DNA from: Haliotis asinina
Taxonomy: Eukaryota
Assembly (NCBI RefSeq): GCF_037392515.1
Contig: NC_090280.1
Coordinates: 54,365,037 to 54,429,036 of the forward strand
Length of the DNA: 64,000 nucleotides
Reading direction: 5' to 3'
Part shown: positions 59,036 through 64,000 of the stretch, one piece after another
How the letters are laid out: each line of letters opens with the position of its first letter
Numbering within the stretch: position 1 is the stretch's first letter
Notes under the pieces: generated by a model
Databases searched by the model: none
What the model was told of the DNA's origin: nothing
What the model saw: the letters and a program-made list of their open reading frames with translations, nothing else
Translations under genes and position numbers: made by a program

Positions 59036-60136
59036 GGGCGTCAGGAGAGAGCGCAGGAACCTCTGGACTTCCGGATGAGACAAGGCATCTGGATGAAAAC
59101 CACGATGGAATCCGAGCGAGGTGGTTCCGGGGACAAACGTACAGGCGTCACAGACGAACGCCCCATCCCAGACGTCGGCACAGGCGCTGAAGGCGGTTGT
59201 AAGTCAGGGTCGTCCGGCAGAGATCCCAACGACAACGCTGGAAATGGCAACCTTCTCTTCCGCTGTGAAAAAAAAAAAAAATTTCCTCTTAGCCGCAATA
59301 AAAGTCTTGAAATCCGCCACCAATAACGCCTCGCAGTACTGGCAGTGTCCGTCAAAAGAGCAGGCTAGAGACGCACAATCCGGGCACCAAGGGTGGGGAT
59401 ATTCGCCGATTCCTGCCCCTAGCAGATAGTGCAAAACTGGGGAGACATACACAGTTAAGTGCAACAAACAAACATAATGCGTTGAAACCAACGCTAGGAG
59501 GTAGAAAAAACACCCCTATACCAGAAATGCAGCACCAACGTACCCCCACTGTAAAGTAGGCACGCCCGTAAGCTCGTGACAGCGAAGGCCAAACAACCAA
59601 AATGGCTGTCTGCGTACATCGCAACGTGGCACGAAAAAAACCCATATAAATGCTGTGGAACATGGGCAAAAATACTAATCGACATGGAAAATCACATGGA
59701 GGAAGAAAAAACCAGCAAGATATAATACCCCCACGGACGCCATGCCGCACTCACACACGACACGGGCGAACCCACCCCGAAGTGAGAGAAAAAACAACAC
59801 GAGGTAGCAAAGTAAGTGCAGTTAAAAAATAACTTACCTTAACACGCACACCTAAGGGATACAAACCATACCTACCCGTGAGGAAATAAATTTATTGAAC
59901 CACAAAGTAGCTAAACTAAGCGAACCAAACACGTCCGAACAGACGAACGCTAGAGGTAAAAGTGAATTTTGGATTCTGCGCTCTCGCACGAGAGGGGAGA
60001 TCACGTCACTTCCGTGACTACATTCGTAGATTACATGAGGTAGCCATCCAGGGAATGGCGAATCAACGACTGTCTGATCTCTTCTAGCGAAGCTTGAGGT
60101 AATATGCATAAGACCTATGGTAAGGTAAGTTAAAAA

Positions 60137-60252
60137 TTGATACTTATGCTGTTGATCACTGGTCTATCTGGTCCAGAATCGATTATTTACAGATCGCCAC
60201 CATATAACTGGAATATTGCTGAGTGCGGCGTAAAACTAAACTCACTGACTCA
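60137..60252 (+). mobile_element. SINE family B copy, 3' portion (continuation of 54085-54243)
   Basis: ttgatacttatgctgttgatcactggtctatctggtccagaatcgattatttacagatcgccaccatataactggaatattgctgagtgcggcgtaaaactaaactcactgactcactg. Confidence 0.7.
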
Positions 60253-60299
60253 CTGTGAAGGGCCGAATTAGAATTGATCTTCAGTAACTCACGCTTGTT

Positions 60300-60472
60300 A
60301 TAAGAGGTGACTAAAGGGTTCAGGTAGTCAGTTCTCTAACTGGGTTGTCACTTGTCATTGGTAAGACCAATGCTCATACTGTTGATCACTGGAATGTGAG
60401 GTCCAGACTTGATAATTTACAGATCACCACCCTGTAGCCGGAATATTGCTCAAACTAATCTCACTCACTTAC
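60300..60472 (+). mobile_element. SINE family B copy (second, adjacent)
   Basis: ..agaggtgactaaagggttcaggtagtcagttctctaactgggttgtcacttgtcattggtaagaccaatgctcatactgttgatcactggaatgtgaggtccagacttgataatttacagatcaccaccctgtagccggaatattgctcaaactaatctcactcacttac. Confidence 0.65.
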
Positions 60473-60673
60473 TACTGTCACTTACAATGTCCAAAACCAA
60501 TAATATTTTCTAACTTATTAAAATAATTTTAAGGAAACAGGTGTATTTTCCAAGTCATTTGTGTGGTCTCTCTGGGGTAATAATAATCAATTCTGACTAC
60601 AGTGTTCTGTGAGCAACTATTTAGATGGAAATTTGGCGCTACATAAATGAATTTTCAATATTATAAGTTTTAC

Positions 60674-60848
60674 CTGTTTTGGTCAAAAAATGCAACATCT
60701 TGCTTAATAACTGATCCAAAGAGATCCTTCCGAAGCCTGGCCACGAGTCTCTGTCCTGCCAGCACAAAGAACCATGCCCTCACCATGCCAGCAACAGCAC
60801 CCCCTATGAAGATCCCAAGCAGCACCAGCACAGTTCTGTTAAGTTCAT
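60674..60848 (-). CDS. ABCB8: ABCB8-like exon M (TM helix 2; ends ..AFFDQNR)
   Basis: The acceptor is tgtgtgttgtag|AT (phase 1) and the donor AAC AG|gtaaaa (phase 2). It reads (D)ELNRTVLVLLGIFIGGAVAGMVRAWFFVLAGQRLVARLRKDLFGSVIKQDVAFFDQN, compared with human ..[32 protein letters not shown]. The frame is that of ORF 60670..60861. A 6.7-kb intron separates it from exon L. Confidence 0.85.
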
Positions 60849-61704
60849 CTACAACACACACGATCAGGAGGCTTACATCAAGTCTGTGGTTGTAAATTCA
60901 TCTTGGAAATGAGTTAAATTCACATAATTGATCACTTGATCATCATAACCAATCAATCAATGAAAATAATTGGTCAGTGCCATTTGTCAAATTTTCCTGT
61001 TATCTTTGTTAATGCACACACAAAAAGAACAACTAAACAAAAACACACATTTCTTTGTTTTTTTCCTGTAAATTTCACACAGAAGACTAGCATGTTAATT
61101 AGGAACTCAGATTTACAGGAACCTTTAACATAAATTCAATCATGACTTGGAACAATCTCGTAGTGCTTGTGAAATGTAAATTTAATGACACAGATAAACA
61201 ACATTGAAAAAATATTGATGATGCAAACAAGTGTTCCAAAATTGTTTGTTGTTCAATTACGAGACAACATTATCAGTTGCTCAGTCTTTCAAGCACTACA
61301 ATCAATCTTTAATTATTTCAGTGTATAGGACCACTACCATTGTAAACACACATTGTCTTTCAAGAAGTCGTTAATTGTAACATGTTATATTTGGGAACTA
61401 CCTTTCAGAGTTTGAAATGCACAATACAGGCTTGAAGACACTATGAATAATGTTTACATTTTGCCAAATGTGAAAAACATGAAAGCTGGTATACACTGGT
61501 AGTTGGACAATTTCGTTTAGTATTTTGTTAATGTTTTACATGAATGCAGCTAGTAATGCAATACTTTTTTTGTGTAAACAATTTGAGAACTTCTGTAAAC
61601 AAAGTGTTCTATTCATTTAATTATCATTATTTGTTGTGAAAGTTGATCCTAGCCCTTTATCTATATCTTAGACCAATATCGTAGACCAATGCAGCTGCAC
61701 TTAC

Positions 61705-61816
61705 CCATACTCCTCTGGGCAGCATCGACCACTTTCCCAAAGAACAACGGTCCAAACATACTTGCTGCACTGGACCCCAGCAAAGCCAGGATTCCAACCA
61801 CAAGGAGCCCAGCTTC
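61705..61816 (-). CDS. ABCB8: ABCB8-like exon N (TM helix 1)
   Basis: The acceptor is tgtatttcag|GAAGCT and the donor ATG G|gtaagt (phase 1). It reads EAGLLVVGILALLGSSAASMFGPLFFGKVVDAAQRSM, compared with human LLVLGVAVVLALGAALVNVQIPLLLGQLVEVVAK. Confidence 0.8.
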
Positions 61817-62453
61817 CTGAAATACAGACCAGCAAGTGGTGACTCTACATGATTAAAACCTATCATCTATATTTCCTGCTCTTATTCATAAATTTATCGT
61901 CATGATTTCATAATGTTCATATTTTATGCCCTAATTCCAATCCGACTTGTATGACAATGATAATAATACATACAAATAATAACATGGACCATCATAATAC
62001 ATCCGACTCCTTTCACCAGGTAAAAACTCAAAATAACATGACGTAATAACAATGGCAATAATATTACAGTAATATCATAATAAGTTCAAGTATGTCACAC
62101 CTGTTTCCTTTCACCTGAGTTATATAAAAAAGACAATGATAACATAACAATACAATATGTCCCAACATATTGCTTCTGATTCCTTTCACCTGGTGTAAAT
62201 TCAACATGTGATGAATACTAAGGACAATTCATCTGAGATATAGTGAGAACCTGGGCACTGTTTCACAAAGCTCTCGCAAGCCTAAGATCTTGTAACGTTT
62301 CTCGAAACATTCATACCTCCTATACTGAAACATAGGAAGCAGGAAGCTACAAGGAAAGTTACACGATCTAGGCTTGCGAGAGTTTTGTGAAACGGGCCCC
62401 TGCATAACTAGGTAGTGATCTGATCAAAACATGGGATACATGAAAATACCTAC

Positions 62454-62959
62454 TGGTTTCGCTAATGAGATCAGCCGTGTCAGATCCACAGCTTTCTCGA
62501 TCGGCTTCCCTTCTTCATCCAGCTCCTCCCCCTTTTCGTTGACTCTGTGGATAATACGGATGGCCTCCAGCTTCCGCAACGCCACAAAACTCCACAGACT
62601 CATGAAGAACTCCAACAGACTGAAACAACTGGCGCTGATCACGAGGGCGTAGTACGTGGGGTGCATTCCAGGGTAAGAGGGATCTTTAAGGAAGGAATAC
62701 AACACAAGTCCACCTTTGGTGGCCGAGAAAGCCAGGAACCCAAGGGAAAGGAACACAACCAATGCATGAAACACTCGTGCATTTCTGCGGAATTTCTGCT
62801 GGAATGGGTGCTGAATCTGACGATAAAATGATTCTTCTAGAAGTCTGTAGAATGGGACCAGGAACAAAGCCTTACAAGCAGCAATGAGGGCCAGGTCAAA
62901 CACTGATTGTCTCAGATGAAAGCTTAAAATGTTGTCAATAAAGTAACTAGATGTTCCTC
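62454..62959 (-). CDS. ABCB8: ABCB8-like exon O: large N-terminal exon upstream of the canonical TMD (hydrophobic, lineage-specific); the gene 5' end is unresolved
   Basis: The acceptor is ttttctatttttcag|GA (phase 1) and the donor CCA|gtaggt (phase 0). It reads 168 codons GTSSYFIDNILSFHLRQSVFDLALIAACKALFLVPFYRLLEE..LISLAKP in the frame of ORF 62424..62999, contiguous in phase with exon N. The upstream first exon is not confidently located; a candidate donor CTCAAAG|gtaagt lies near 63800-63830 on the minus strand. Confidence 0.65.
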
Positions 62960-64000
62960 CTGAAAAATAGAAAAGAAGAATTTTATCAACAACAATCAAT
63001 ATAATTTCGAGCCTTGTTGATCATCTTTTTCTTACATAAATATTTTTTCAATCAGACTTAAAATAAATTCAAATTATCTAATGGTAAACAACTATTTCTT
63101 CAATTACATTGTTTTTATGTTGCAACCTGCCATGTGACACACTGACCAAGGATTGAATTAGTCTAGCCTCACAATACTTGACCAACAAAGATTCATTTCG
63201 ACTGAAATTCTTGCCAGAAGTGTAACATAAGCAAGGTCCTTCAATTTGTGCTGCTCTAACACATCAAGCCCTTTTGACATTGTTTTCGATGTCATCTACT
63301 CTCATAAGTGTATTCCTTGATACTTATATTTTCTGGTATAAAAGAAGCATTTTCTCAAGCTCTTTCAGACATGAACTATTATTGTGAAGCTAAAGTTCAA
63401 TTTTCTCTACTTCAGTTTGACTGTATACATATCAAACCTTCTCAGTTACAGCTCACGCCGTTTGGAATGCGGACGCCCTTAACATCAGGAACAGCAACAC
63501 TCTCCCACCGTTTAAGAGAAAAGTCAAAACATTTCTTTTCTCATCTACTGACTAAACTGTAAAAAGTGACTTCTAATGTGTAAAGCACCACTGAGCAGCA
63601 GCATATAGCTGGATATAGGGGCAATACAAAGCAATTACTACCATTATTATTAAAACTTATTATCCTATATAGGTATAGTGGCTTGGGATTCCAAGGCATT
63701 GGCACTAGTGGTCGTCAAGCTAATTGAAACAATCGAGGATTGGTCGCAGTGACCATATGACCAAACAATCATTCACATTTCCTCATAATCAAACACAAAT
63801 GACTCTGGAACTACTTACCTTTGAGGTTGACAGAGCTTGAAAATGTGTTTAATGTATATAAAAAAAAATCATGATATGTTAGTCATCACTTAAAGGGGCA
63901 TGCTGCATCACTTTACATTGGATGTGAAATTTGCACAGTTTCTACATAAAACAAAAAACAACAGAAGACCTCATGTCTTTTTCTGTATACTAATGTGCAT

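Larger units (their letters stand above)
54244..60136 (-). mobile_element. DIRS-like tyrosine-recombinase retrotransposon, degenerate, ~5.9 kb. It has inverted terminal repeats (54244-54470 and 59915-60136) and an internal complementary region (54520-54600), and is inserted inside a SINE-B copy within an ABCB8 intron.
   Basis: The terminal ~215 bp at each end are reverse complements (..acttaccttaccataggtcttatgcatattacctcaagcttcgctagaagagatcagacagtcgttgattcgccattccctggatggctacctcatgtaat..cacttttacc) with 2 mismatches. The internal segment 54520-54600 (ctatggtaaggtaagtatttaaatatctaaaatatttagattttaataaatttttaacttaccttaccataggtcttatgcata) is the reverse complement of the outer tip of the left ITR joined to a copy of the outer tip of the right ITR, the hallmark DIRS1 ICR arrangement. 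The minus-strand ORFs encode fragments of a tyrosine recombinase and RNase H. Confidence 0.75.

Noticed and set aside
58573-59326. Overlapping Pro/Ala/Thr-rich and Gly/Ala/Val-rich ORFs on both strands
   Set aside because: They arise from the 18-bp-period GC-rich tandem repeat inside the degenerate DIRS-like element. Open frames on both strands are typical of such repeats.
62431-62831. Plus-strand ORFs overlapping ABCB8 exon O
   Set aside because: They are antisense-frame artefacts of a genuine minus-strand coding exon.

Overview
This window is eukaryotic, most likely from a mollusc-like invertebrate: it is AT-rich, has spliceosomal introns with GT/AG boundaries, and is saturated with short interspersed elements and satellite arrays. 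It contains no prokaryotic features, and no CRISPR array, operon or rRNA is present.

Genes I can support:
- **ASL, plus strand.** The last two exons of an argininosuccinate lyase gene lie at the left edge (261-367 and 1111-1255).
- **KCTD-like gene, minus strand.** An intronless open reading frame with a T1/BTB tetramerisation domain spans 18731-19477.
- **Bacterial-type protein-tyrosine phosphatase, plus strand.** A four-exon gene of the Pfam Y_phosphatase3 family (CX5R active site CAHGKDRTG) spans 21640-31771. Its 5.8-kb intron 3 carries a nested same-strand unit: an F-box/LRR reading frame with no ATG (27052-27765), followed 10 bp later by an intact 700-aa open reading frame (27776-29878) that looks like a DDE / RNase-H-fold transposase.
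- **ABCB8-like transporter, minus strand.** A 15-exon mitochondrial ABC half-transporter runs from 62959 down to 46166. All splice phases are consistent and the Walker A, signature, Walker B and H-loop motifs are present. The first exon(s) are unresolved and may lie beyond the right edge.

Repeat content:
- **Two SINE families with a shared tail.** Family A has a tRNA-derived head and family B a different head. Both carry the same 3' tail (..ATATTGCTGAGTGCGGCGTAAAACTAAACTCACTCACTCA) and occur in more than 20 copies in both orientations.
- **DIRS-like tyrosine-recombinase retroelement.** A degenerate 5.9-kb element (54244-60136) has ~220-bp inverted terminal repeats plus an internal complementary region. 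It is inserted inside a family-B SINE, which itself sits in an ABCB8 intron.
- **Tandem arrays.** These include a 175-180-bp satellite, a 116-bp minisatellite, a 92-bp array ending in a 20-nt poly-G run, a 49-bp array amplified from a SINE head, and 36-, 35-, 61- and 23-bp repeats.
- **Other structures.** There is an inverted-repeat MITE, two long foldback palindromes, and a G-quadruplex-rich core flanked by inverted repeats.

All splice boundaries were read by eye and anchored to the ORF-track frames; treat them as accurate to a few bp.
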